Shown here piece by piece: positions 52,113-64,000 of a DNA stretch of 64,000 nucleotides. The notes below the pieces were generated by a model that was given only the letters and a program-made list of their open reading frames with translations, searched no databases and was not told where the DNA came from. The stretch lies in NCBI GenBank assembly GCA_030141605.1, contig JAQGDQ010001009.1:1-64000 (forward strand), in the 5' to 3' direction. Each line of letters starts with the position of its first letter. Position 1 is the first letter of the stretch. The position numbers and the translations under genes are program-made. Source of the stretch: Tubiluchus corallicola. Its lineage: Eukaryota; Animalia; Priapulida.

Positions 52113-52887
52113 ATTTATTTCACTCCAGCAATACATATACAATACATCAACACATAATATTATTGAAACAAAAAGAAACAGTATAGGTAAAAAAACGTTG
52201 ATGAAGTCAAATTAACCAAATAAAAGAATTGCTGTATGACACCTTGAAAGCTTGTCTTGTTAAGGTGGCACAAATGAGTGAATGAAAGAATGGTTAGGAT
52301 TAGTAGACATGATGGAATGGAAAAATAGTAAGATTAGGGATAGGAAGAAGGAAGGGAGGGGAGGATGAGTGAATGAAAGAATGGTTAGGGTTAGTAGACA
52401 TGACGGAATAGAAAAAATAGTAAGATTAGGGATAGGAAGAAGGAATGGAGGGGAGGATGAGTGAATGAAAGAATGGTTAGGGTCAGACGGAATGGAAAAA
52501 ATCTTAAAAGAAAAGAGAAAGAATGTAGCATTTACTTATGAGCAATCTTGAAACGCAAAAAGACAAGAATTTTGCATTGAACTATAACCACATTCCACAA
52601 ATCTTGACTTTAATTCATTTCAGTATTTGTTTATTGTTCACAGGTATGAACAGGTTTGATGTGATTGATACTGATAATGAAAATGTAAAATCAAATAGCG
52701 GTCTAGGTCGGTTGCACTTGAAACTTCTATCCTGCTAAGAATTAACATTGTTTGCAGACGAACAAAGACCACACTTTGTGGCTCTCAGTGAAAGTGGGGC
52801 ACGCACATATGGATACAAACATTCACTTTCAAACCGATGCCCTAATTTCACTCCTCTACTATACATGCAGTAGTAGTAGTAGTAGTA

Positions 52888-53600
52888 AAATCTTTATTTG
52901 CCATTTTAAAAACATTGACCATCATAATAAAAGACAGACAATCAGTGTTAGTTCATATAAAAACATACACTGTTCTGAACAAATGCGTCTGGTGCAAGCT
53001 AAATTATAAGTGCAACTAGAAATTTAAAAATAAAATAAAAACTAGTTTAGTAAGGTCTAGGAAAAATGAAATTATGATTTCAGTAAGTATCATCGTGTTA
53101 GTATGTCGGATATTCAAAACGAGTCACTAAATGTTTTTTTTAAATTTAGATTTGAATATTGATAAAGAGCTGCTGTGTTTTAGTGATGTCGGTAATGAAT
53201 TCCAAAGTTGTATTGCTTGCTTGGCAATGGAATTCTTTCCTTATTGGTTGTTCGTTCTAATGTTTCTTAAATTTAGTGTTCTGTTATTCATACTGGGGTT
53301 TTTAAGAAGTACGAGCTCATTGTTTTTGAAAGGAGAATTAATATTGTTGATATATTCATAGAGAAACAGGAGAGTTTGATAATCTCTGTGGGCTTCTAAT
53401 ATCGGGATTTTCATGGAGTTTCCTAAAGAGGTGGCAGAATATTTACTTGTATTGTGAGATGATTTCAAACAATGACCATTAATTATTATGTAATTTTGTG
53501 TAATAGGGGACTAATGAATTTTTAAGAATAACTAAAGATTTTACTGCCCGAAATTTAGATTTACGAGAAATCCCCCAAGCAGTCATTAAATATAGTAAAA
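52888..53600 (-). mobile_element. Decayed CR1/L2-like LINE 3' end
   Basis: Minus strand ...RTNNQ*GKNSIAKQAIQLWNSLPTSLK...FKSKFK, then GGCAAATAAAGA tail. Confidence 0.7.
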
Positions 53601-54558
53601 GTGATATTGATTATGATATATTTTGTATATTATGTAAAAATACATACATTAAATCGTTTTGAAAACCCAACATACGTAAACGATAATATATATTCATCCA
53701 CAAATTTTATTTACCCACGTCCATTTTATATTGTATGTATATATTGTATATAGTCTATTATAATTTCCGTGTAACATTATAATGTATATTTTGTTTTAAA
53801 TTTTTGGCACAGTAGTTTTTAGTTTGCACGGGACGCATTTGCCTTTAACAGTTGTGTGAATTTTATTCTCATGCTGCGATGTTCTTTTTTGCTTTCATAG
53901 TTATGAATATCGATTTTTATGGCAAATAAAGATTATTACATACATATATATTATCAATTTGGAAATGCAAGTATCGCAACAGATATCTTTGTGGGGCAGC
54001 TCCAGTTTATCCATATTCTTTAGATACAGCTCCCTTGAATATTCTAGTACAGATATCTTTGTGGGGCAGCTCCAGTTTATCCATTGTCTTTAAGTACAGC
54101 TCCATTGAATATTCTAGTACAGATATCTTTGTGGGGCAGCTCCAGTTTATCCATGTTCTTTAAGTACATCTCCCTTGAATATTCCAGTACAGAGAGATAA
54201 TAGAAAACTTGAGGTTTTAGCCTGCAGATTTCTAACAGGTCAAGGCAATTTCAATGATTTCCTATTCAATATTGGTGGCTATGCAGACAATAATATGTGG
54301 GGGGGGGAGTGTTTAGAGGGGAGGCTAACCCCCCATATCATCTGTCTGTTTGAATGGAAATTCGTAAGTCGCATTAAATGAGATAACTTTGTAAGCGTTT
54401 TGCAGCACCAGGATGTTAATTATATGTTAATTAATTAACTTGTCTTGATAATTTGATTTTATTTAACTTTGCTAATATTTTGTTAGATAATTTTATTTTA
54501 TCACTAACCTAATGAGGTTAATTAATTTTAGAAAATTGCTATCAATGTCAGTTATTAA

Positions 54559-54637
<79 letters not shown>

Positions 54638-55187
54638 ATCTTTATTTGCCATAAAAAATGACTATTCATTAGCATAAAAGAACATCGCAGCATGAGGATA
54701 AAATTCACACAACTGTTAAAGGCAAATGCGTCCAGTGCAAACTAAAAACTACTGTGCCAAAAATTTAAAACAAAATATACATTATAATGTTACACGTAAA
54801 TTATAATAGACTATATACAATATATACATATAATTTAAAATGGACGTGGGTAAATAAAATTTGTGGATGAATATATATTATCGTTTACGTATGTTGGGTT
54901 TTCAAATCGATTTAATGTGTGTACTTTTAATTTTGATTTGAATTCGTCGGAAGACTTGATTTGTTTTAAATTTGATGGCAGGGTATTCCAGAGTTGTTTT
55001 TTTTAATTTTGTTTAATTATGTGTGTTCTTGGATTTAATGTTGGCTCCAAGGGGAGTGGAAACTCTTTTTGATGAAGGGCGTCCTAATATTGTTGAGGTA
55101 TTTGTATAAAAACAGGATTGTGTAGAAATCTTTATGTGCTTGTAAAATTGGGATTTTAAACATTGTTATGACTCTCATGATTATTGG

Positions 55188-55260
55188 AGCACGGTAGTCT
55201 AGCAGTCACGACACTCGCCTCCCAAGCGGATAGCCCCTGGTTCAATTCCCGGCTGTGTCA
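55188..55260 (+). pseudogene. tRNA-Gly(CCC)-like pseudogene or SINE head
   Basis: Anticodon arm CTCGC-CTCCCAA-GCGGA, T-arm GGTTCAATTCCC, acceptor GCACGG/CTGTGT; mismatches in the D and T stems. Confidence 0.65.
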
Positions 55261-55449
55261 AAACTCATTCAGATTTTCAGATCTTTCGAACAGACGTTTT
55301 TTCAAAAATATAGAAATTGTCAATTTATTTCATCATTAAAATAGATTTTTTTCCCTATAATAATGTCCTGTATGATGTCTTTATTAATTTAAAGGAAAAC
55401 AGGATGATTTTTCATGTACTACTCTATTTTGAAGCATGTGAAGCAAAAA

Positions 55450-55632
55450 TATTGAGTCAATATTTGAGTCAATATTGAGTCAGACCGAGGGCGTATCTAG
55501 ACCTGTACTTTTACCCATATTTTTGTGGATTATTGCTACACATTCAGTGCAAACGGTATGTACGAAGCTCCTCCAGTGATACGAGATGTTGAGTCAATAT
55601 TGAGTCAATTATGCGGAGTTATTTGAGTCAAT
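55450..55632. promoter_or_regulatory. Cluster of six AP-1 consensus sites (TGAGTCA) upstream of protein B
   Basis: Within short ATATTGAGTCA repeats; function inferred only. Confidence 0.4.
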
Positions 55633-55758
55633 TAGTGACAGTTTTATGTATGTTTGAATAGGAGAGACAATTAAGCGACTGAGTCTATTAACCGTGAGTT
55701 TATTAAGCGGCGCCTAGTGTAATTAGAAACATAAATGACCCCAAAAAACCGTCTTTAT

Positions 55759-55966
55759 GGCCTGCCTTACTTAGCAAAGAAAAACTGTATCTCAAGTGAG
55801 ATGGTCTGCCTTACTTAGCAAAGAAAAACTGTATTTCAAATGAAATGGTCTGCCTTACTTAGCAAAGAAAAACTGTATTTCAAATGAGATGGCCTGCCTT
55901 ACTTAGCAAAGAAAAATTGTATTTCAAATGAGATGGCCTGCCTTACTTAGCAAAGAAAAACTGTAT
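55759..55966. repeat. 44-bp tandem repeat x about 5
   Basis: GG(C/T)CTGCCTTACTTAGCAAAGAAAAACTGTATTTCAAATGAGAT. Confidence 0.92.
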
Positions 55967-56307
55967 GTCAAACAGAGAGTGCAAGTTAATGAGACGAAAA
56001 GAATAAACAAACCAGAACGACGCTTGATCAGAAAATAGGGCGCGAAACGCATGCCGGGATAACTGGAGCGGAGAGTTTCTCTTTCTGGACATCTGAAAGA
56101 GCAAATTTTCCGAGTGCCAAACAAAATTTGCGAGAGAAAAATTAGATAAACGCAGATTGGTTGAGTTGATAAAGAAATAAATCCTGTTAAGCGTGTCTAA
56201 AAGAAAATTCTAAGAAAGTTTTGTTTGTATGATGTGATCGTGTCGTATAATCCGAAATCAAAACACGAAACAAAACTGAAATCGAACGTTGCTAAACGAG
56301 TAATAAA

Positions 56308-56358
56308 ATGAGGGTTGTTTCGTCGCAGGTTTTTATTGCCTTCTTGCTTTTATGTCAG
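56308..56358 (+). CDS. Secreted Gly/Tyr/His-rich protein B, exon 1 (signal peptide)
   Basis: AAAATG context, MRVVSSQVFIAFLLLCQ, consensus donor CAG|GTGAGT, phase 0. Confidence 0.82.
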
Positions 56359-56435
56359 GTGAGTGAGTAATTTGCAATTTCGAAATCAAAAACTGAAACA
56401 AAACTGAAATCGAAAGTTGCTAAACGAGTAATAAA

Positions 56436-56486
56436 ATGAGGTTTGTTTCGTCGTAGGTTTTCATTGCCTTCTTGCTTTTATGTCAG
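56436..56486 (+). pseudogene. Tandem duplicate of protein B exon 1 with a nonsense codon
   Basis: 128-bp duplication; codon 7 CAG>TAG; donor intact. Confidence 0.85.
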
Positions 56487-57426
56487 GTGAGTGAGTAACT
56501 GGCAGATTTTAATGAATAACTCGCTTAAGGTAAGGCTAGGTCATCCATCCAGTTACATTATCTTCAAATTGTTGCAGAACTATATAAAGTCCACTAAACG
56601 TTTTGCTAGTTGATTGTAAGTATAATTGTATTTTAAGTTATTATGTAGTCTGTCTTTCAATCAAGTACTCATTAATAAACAACTTATGCTAGAATCAACT
56701 ATATGTACTGCTGTAATAACTGTAATATTACACTAACTGTACTAATTCCACCTGCATTGCATTTTTGAATTAAGTAGCAACATTGTACATTACAATGTAC
56801 AACTTATACTTTGCATGGGCTTATAGGTACATCGAGAATCGTTTCTGTTATCTATTGTATGGGTTTTGTAAATTTTAATTAAGTATTAACTAATGAACTA
56901 GTCGTATATTTCAATTAACTATTTTGAGTTATTACATACTCGAACTAACCAATTGTATATTTCATGACTGCATATAGTGGAAATACTGTGATCAATAATA
57001 GTTACTGTGTTGTAAATCCATTCAAAATAAATAAAGTTTATATATATAGTGTATATAAAATTATTTGTATATTATTATAGTATATATAGTAGTATATATA
57101 TATGTATATATTATTAGTATTATTATACAAATAATGTATTTTGTATATATATATACAAAATAAATAAAGTTTATATATACAATATACATTATATATATAA
57201 ACATTATATATATATACCCTATTTATATATATAGGGTAAGCTGCTATACTTTAATTTTTAATAGGGCGAAGCTACTTAAATTTACATTGTTTGATGATGA
57301 ATAAAATGAGTGTTGAATCATTTTTAGATACAGATGTGCACTAAGGATGGTGATTAAGGAAATTAAAACAAAACATTAATCTTTCTTGAAAATAAGATAG
57401 TGCTGTTCTGAGATTTGCCATGGTCA

Positions 57427-57771
57427 TAATCGTAACAGAAGTTAAAATGCCCATAAATCTGAAAAAAAATCTTTATTTTTTCTTCGGAAGCTTTCGTCCT
57501 CTTGGACTTCATCAGCTGCATAAAAAGATACAATTATAAAAATTACAGATGAAACTACATTAAAATAAACGTGAACAATGCCTGTAAAATAAAGGGTAAA
57601 TAATAATAATAAAGGGTAAATATTAATAAACAATACAAAATAATACCCTTAATAATAATAATAATTTAATAATAATAATAAATTCAGATTAAGTCTGAGA
57701 GGACGAAAGTTTCTGAGAAAAAATAAAGAATTTTTTGAGATTTATGGGCATTTTAACTTCCTTTACGATTA
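57427..57771. mobile_element. Inverted-repeat element (probable Penelope-like pLTR remnant) in the protein B intron
   Basis: Arms 57427-57509 and 57691-57771; hammerhead core followed by AATAAA. Confidence 0.6.
57483..57521 (-). ncRNA. Minimal type I hammerhead ribozyme core (helix I degenerate)
   Basis: CTGATGA-A-GTCC-AAGA-GGAC-GAAA-GCTTC. Confidence 0.6.
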
Positions 57772-57796
57772 ATCCTTTCTTTCTTTCTTAATTTAG

Positions 57797-58096
57797 AATT
57801 TTCACTACACGCATTGTCATGGTGGCTATGGATATGGCGGCCCTGGTTACGGTGGCCATGGTTACGGTGGCCATGGATACGGCTATGGAAGACCCTATCT
57901 GTACAAGCTGATCAGCCTTATAACGACGACGACAACCACCACCACCACGCCTAGCCCTGGGACGATAGACAGACGTTTGTTTGTGCTGGAATTGTTTCTT
58001 GGCTTGAAAGCTGCTGGTTATGGGAGAAGCGGTTACGGTGGAGGTTACGGCGGAGGTTATGGTGGTGGTTATGGAGGTTATGGTAAAAAGAAGTGA
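57797..58096 (+). CDS. Protein B exon 2 (spliced product 116 aa); not in the ORF track
   Basis: Pyrimidine tract + TTTAG; [99 protein letters not shown]; AATAAA at 58962. Confidence 0.88.
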   Translation, partial: NFHYTHCHGGYGYGGPGYGGHGYGGHGYGYGRPYLYKLISLITTTTTTTTTPSPGTIDRRLFVLELFLGLKAAGYGRSGYGGGYGGGYGGGYGGYGKKK

Positions 58097-58254
58097 GGTT
58101 ACGTAGGAGTTTTTTGCTGCTTCTGTGATAAAAATGCCACATGCATGACAAATAACTGTGAGTCATTGTAAAACCATTTCGTCAGGTCTATAGCCAAGCT
58201 CTCTTCTCATTATAGTAGACTATACTCAGTCGTGTTGCAATAAGTTTACGACTA

Positions 58255-58621
58255 ATAAGCCTTTTCACAGTTTCGTTGTGCGCAGGTGCAATTGCTGTAG
58301 GTCAAAGGTTACGTATATCCCAGCAACGTGTCTTAGCTACAACCGCCACGTGACATGTGGGTACAGCAAAGCAACAGTTTAGTAACGTCAGTTGTTTTAC
58401 GTGGACTTAAAATCATGCATTAGCCAGTGTGGGATCTTGCTTGGGGACAAGAAGAAATGAACTAAGTAAGGATCTATAGCTAGCATTCGTCCGTTTTTTA
58501 ATTACTGTTACAATAGCCTGGACATTGTCAATCAAATATACACAAATGCGTTGTCTGGTGCAGTTAAACTTTGAGCTTTTCACGATCATCATCAATCGCT
58601 GGAACTGTGAAAAGGCTTATT
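58255..58621. mobile_element. MITE in the presumptive 3' UTR of protein B
   Basis: TIRs AATAAGCCTTTTCACAGTT / AACTGTGAAAAGGCTTATT. Confidence 0.75.
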
Positions 58622-59089
58622 AATGTTACATGTCCTGCAAGAGGTCCATACACTACACTTTACACTCTTATTACGTTCTAATGCAGTAAGTATTCTGCAG
58701 TAAGGTTTTGCAACAGGCTCTTTTGCTTCACGTGTGTCACAGATCTCAATGGAGTCGGTTGCTCGCCGGGTGGCGTCAGATTCGGGCTATTGTCTATTGT
58801 CACATTGTTTATCTCGTGTTTGCTTCATTGTTTTTCTAGTAGTAAATGGTTCTTGCGTTGTTTAGCACTCTGTTCTCTTACAGCCCGTAACCTCGTGGTT
58901 ATTAGATGGCAATTAGATGGGCATTGAATCCATTGAATCTTTAATTTAAGTTTATATAAGCAATAAAACTAATGTAAACATTTGATGCGTTCATCTTAGT
59001 AGCTTGATTTACGATGTGCAATCTAAAGGTTCAACAAATTATAAGTTCATGGACTAAAAAGTAATCGAGATAACCACGAGTAGTTGCGT

Positions 59090-60245
59090 CAAGGTACGAC
59101 TTCGCATCGGTACGTAATGCGCAATGCGTGATCTGTAATACGTATACAGCGGTTTGCATTTAAACACGTAGATGTGTTTCCTTGTGTACGTAATGCGTGA
59201 TCCGTGATGCGTATACAACAGTTGGTATTTAAACATGTACAAGTGTTTCCAGGTGTACGTAATGCGTAATCCGCAATGCGTATACAACAGTTGGTATTTA
59301 AACACGTTGAAGTGTTTCCATGTGTACGTAATGCGTGATGCGTGATCCGTAATGCTTCTACAACAGTTGGCATTTAAACACGCAGATGTGTTTCCTTGTG
59401 TACGTAATGCGTGATGCGTGATCCGTAATGCGTATACAACAGTGGGCATTTAAACACTCAGATGTGTTTCCTTGTGTACGTAATGCGTGATGCGTGAGCC
59501 GTAATGCGTATACAACAGTGGGCATTTAAACACGCAGATGTGTTTCCTTGTGTACGTAATGCGTGATGCGTGATCCGTAATGCGTATACAACAGTTGCCA
59601 TTTAAACACGCAGATGTGTTTCGTTGTGTACGTAATGCGTGATGCGTGAATCGTAATGCGTATACAACAGTTGGTATTTAAACACGGTGAAGCCGTGATC
59701 CATATTCATTCGAACGTGATCACTGTCCTTCGAATACGCATCACGCCGCAATACGCAGACGGAAAACCGCCGTTGCCTAGGTGATAGCGAGTTTTCAAGT
59801 TTTCGGTGACTATACGGTGACACAGTGACTATTTTCACTGTTTAGCTTTCTGAAAATTCTAGTTAGGCGAGTTTTGGTCACTTTAGGACCTGCAAACAAT
59901 AATATTTTTTCTATTTGAGTTTTTGAGAGATGGAAGAAGCATGTAGTTATGTGTTGTGCATCTAACTGCAGTTCTTTCACTAAATGATCATACCTGCCTT
60001 ATTGTTTTCTCCCCTGCAAAATGTTGTTCACCCAAAACTTTTGCTTCCTTTTGAATTTTTCCGTCTAATTAGCGTCTAATGAGAAGCAAATGCTTGGACT
60101 GCAATTATCACGCTTAAATTTACGACCAAAAGTGACGGAAAGATCCAGCGTTTACAGACACATAGAAACGGTCAATACGCATCACGCATTACGGATTACG
60201 CATCACGCATTACGCATTACGCGCTCATGGAGTCGTAGTTTTACA
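59090..60245. mobile_element. TIR-type element with subterminal CGTAATG/CGTGATG repeats expanded into an about 70-76-bp array (59110-59685)
   Basis: Inverted CATTACG/CATCACG repeats at 60175-60225; TACGACT / AGTCGTA near the ends. Confidence 0.55.
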
Positions 60246-63200
60246 CTGAATCGCCTGCTGTAAGACGACCGAGTGATAGTCAATGCAGATCTGTCGTATT
60301 AGCATTTAGTCCAAAGTCTTTGACAACTTTGAAGCATAAGAAGTGCAGCTGTGAATTTGATATGATACAAAAAATATCATATTTGATATATGATATGATA
60401 TGATATGATATGATATGATATGATATGATATGATATGATATGATATGATATGATATGATATGATATGATATGATATGAAATGATATGATATGATATGATA
60501 TGATATGACATGACATGACATGACATGACATGACATGACGTGACATGACATGATAAGATGTGATGTGATGTGATGTGATGTGACGTGACGTGACGTGACA
60601 TGACATGACATGACATGACATGACATGACATGACATGGCATGACAAGACATGACATGACATGACATGACATGACATGACATGACATGACATGACATGACA
60701 TGACATGACAAGACATGACATGATATGATATAATACAGATGTTGTTATCTGACTGATATGACAGTATTGTTACTGTTTTATTAAGTTTTGTTGAGTTTAA
60801 TGATTCCTTTATCGATCTTATAAGTTTCATAGGTTTAATAATTTTTAATTTTTTAACTAAAGTTATGCTCTATCTTGTTCACTAAATTGTTGACATATTA
60901 TGTAGTTTTAAATAAATATTTGTTATTGTCTTTTGTTATCTTCTTGTGTTGAATTGTTTTGTGTTTAGTTTGTTGTGTTGAAAAACAAATAAAATCGACG
61001 CCATTTAAATATCGTTCGCAAACAAGTTAATAGATTGAATTTTTTGAATTGTGATGGTTTTGCTTGAATAACAAATGCCTTTCTCGTTTCGGTGAAGAAG
61101 ACAAGTTTTAGTCAGAATCATGAGTCATCTTTCTAGCTTTTCTACACATGACTGCTTCTACAAGATAAAAATGAAATTAATTTAAACTGCTAATTAAATG
61201 CACAGTTTGGTTTGAACCCACATAATTTTGCTCCAAATAAGTGGAAAGGCTTTACGATCCGAACTCAAATCTCTGGAATGCATTTCAACAAACATTTCCG
61301 TCACCACAAGCAACGGATTAATTATTACGGATCGTGTACAGGTACTGTAGAACTGCAGCACCCCCTTTTTCACTCAGTACTATTGATTATATTCAATATA
61401 ATAAGTCTTTTTTTCTTTAGTTCTTTCTTTCTTTATACTTGTACGGAACCAGAGCACGTGAGGGTGTACTGTTTGATTCATAGCCCAACACAGTGCTCTT
61501 ACAGCTGCATTCACAGCTCAACACAATGATCTTACAGCTCCAGCAACGCGCTGTGTGGCTGTGGTGCTCATGCGGCCATGCGCACATGTCTGAGCCCAAG
61601 TAGAGAAAGCACTGTCGCTCACACAGTTTGTTGTCAGTTACCGTGAATGGATCAAGCTTGAACTGCGACAACTAGGCTGTTAGTAAGCAAACAAAAAATT
61701 TGTTTAGGATTTTACGAAGTTTCTGTATGAACTTTCGTATGATTTTTTGTTTATTATTAGAATTAGAAATTGCAATATTGAAATTACACACGCTTGTTTG
61801 GTTTTGGTTTTACACAGTATTAAAACAATGGCTAAAAATTTTCCAAAGCAGCACCCCACTAACTTTAGCTTCGATCCGCCGCTGATTTTTACAATCTAAT
61901 GCCAAGAATGTGGATTGGAAAACATTGTAAATAGAAGATCCATACATTATTCACATCCAGACTGTACATCAACTTTGCACATTTTCTATCTTCTAAGATT
62001 GTTATGAAAATTTTATTTATTGCACTTTCAGACAACGAACATATAAAAATCGTAGTCAAATCCACACGATGTCTTCTTGAGCCAAGAATTTGTAATATAC
62101 TAGTACAAAAGCAGTATGACATCACTGTCCAGTCTTGTTCCGTTCCATTGCATTCCGTTACATTCCGATCTTTTCTGTTCTATTGTGTTCTATTCTGTTG
62201 TGTTCTGTTCTGTTTTCTCCTGCTCTGCTCTGCTCAGTTCTATTCTGTTCTGCTCCATTCCGTTCCGTTCCGTTCCGGTCAATTTCTGTTCTGTTCTGTT
62301 GTGTTCTGTTCTGTTCTGTCCTGACCTGTCCTGTCCTGTCCTGTCCTGTCCTGTCCTGTCCTGTCCTGTCCTGTCCTGTCCTGTCCTGTCCTGTCCTGTC
62401 CTGTCCTGTCCTGTCCTGTCCTGTCCTGTCCTGTCCTGTCCTGTGTCCTGTTCTGTTTCATTCCATTCTGTTCTGTTCTGTTTCGTTCTGTTCTCTTCTG
62501 TTCTCTTCCGTTCCATTCCGTTCAATGTGCAAATGAAAGATGCAGAGTTACAAAACATAACGCCATTAGTAGGCCATCATAAACATTTCCTAGACTAAAT
62601 CTGTAAAGACTCGTGCAAATTATTCTTTAATTAAAATACGCGTTCTACACTCCAGTGAACCCAACTGTTTTTGATGGTCAACGGAACGAGACAGAACAAT
62701 CTCTCAACTTAATACCTCACCGACTTTGCAAGATCCACAATCGTAGACGAGTGTGTCCTTGGTACCATGAATTCTTTTTCTCCTGGTTTTGTAAATCTCC
62801 TTTGATTTAGTAGAATTTCCGAGTTGCCGGTCTAAAGTGGAACGAAGATAAAGATCAGATGAAGAGGGAATATAAAGGCCTCCCCCTCGGCATTGGCCCG
62901 CTTAGAGTTGACCGTTTGAGTGATCTGTACTTAGTAGCGCCAAGGTGGTGCAAGGAGCGTTTGTGAATTTGTGAATTCTGGATACCTGTTTTGCACGCAC
63001 GGTAAGTGTTCGACAATTCATCTAATTTTTACTACAATTTATAATTTATTGGGTGAACGTACATTAGCAAAATTATGCTGTCATTAATTAATTACAAAGA
63101 ACCAGTCAAAACAAATGTATGAACAAGATGTTACGTAGCACATTAACAAACAAAAAACAACATCAAACTCTGATGTATGTCATAAACACAACTTCACATA

Positions 63201-64000
63201 CACATTTAACTCACTAAAATTCATAAGAAAGTTAACAATTCAATTTTATAAATACAAAATTCTATACCTTCCTCCTATTTACAAAATATTTATTTATTAG
63301 CTTACAAACAATTGTTAGTATATCTAGATCTTTGTTCCCTACGATTTTAATACAATGTATTGTGATTATGTTGTATTTGGTGTGTTGTTATTTTCACAAT
63401 ACGCTGCTTTACTTCCGTTTTTTTCATTTATAATATCAAATAACATTTTCTGTGAATTCTGGGTACTCTTGGAGTGTAATAGAAATAACATGTTTTTACG
63501 TATCCAAATAGATTTCTATTCTATTTTGTTCTGTTCTGTTCCGTTGCGTTCCGTTACGTTACGTTCCGATCTTTTCTGTTCTGTTGTGTTCTGTCCTGTT
63601 CCGTTCCATTCCGTTCTGTTCTATTCTCGTCTGTTCTATTCTATTCTATTCTATTCTATTCTATTCTATTCTATTCTATTCTATTCTATTCTATTCTATT
63701 CTATTCTATTCTATTCCATTCTATTCCATTCTATTCCATTCTATACCATTCCATTCCATTCCATTCCATTCTGTTCTGTTCTATACCACATGCAGTTCTG
63801 TTTTGTAATAATCACATTGATGTAGCTTATATGTCTTCTACGCTTGTGCTATTACCAGTCGTGATCAGTTTTCTGTGTGTTTGTAGCTGACAGCTGATAG
63901 GCTCGTTTCATAATTAATTTTGTGTATGTATTTGTGTAACTATATATGTATGTATGCACGTATTTAATTGTATATTAATTTTGTTTTATTGATACGCCAA

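Noticed and set aside
55188-55260. Functional tRNA-Gly gene
   Set aside because: D-loop lacks the GG, stems have mismatches and no oligo-T terminator follows directly; kept as pseudogene/SINE.

Overview
AT-rich, repeat-dense animal (invertebrate-like) nuclear DNA with GT-AG spliceosomal introns; the organism cannot be fixed from sequence alone. Host genes: an intronless single-pass cadherin-like gene (4424-6910, -); an inverted, promoterless copy of its N-terminal domain (9143-9756, +) differing at 30 amino-acid-changing versus 3 silent codons by hand count; a signal-peptide + LRR first exon (19052-19709); a four-exon WSCD-family Golgi sulfotransferase lacking WSC domains (29698-34869, 356 aa); and two divergently oriented two-exon secreted Gly/Tyr/His-rich genes (43232-40101, - and 56308-58096, +; the second is absent from the ORF track), plus a possible third small one. 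Mobile DNA: a full-length Bel/Pao LTR element (10223-17163) with an N-terminal SAP-like motif in Gag, a 5'-truncated LINE, many LINE/RTE/Tc1/hAT/SINE fragments, a 0.9-kb foldback palindrome and a Penelope-type hammerhead core. Most notable are the diversified inverted cadherin cassette and a recurring pattern of tandem arrays that copy or supply the genes' own splice sites. All alignments and counts were done by eye and need computational confirmation.
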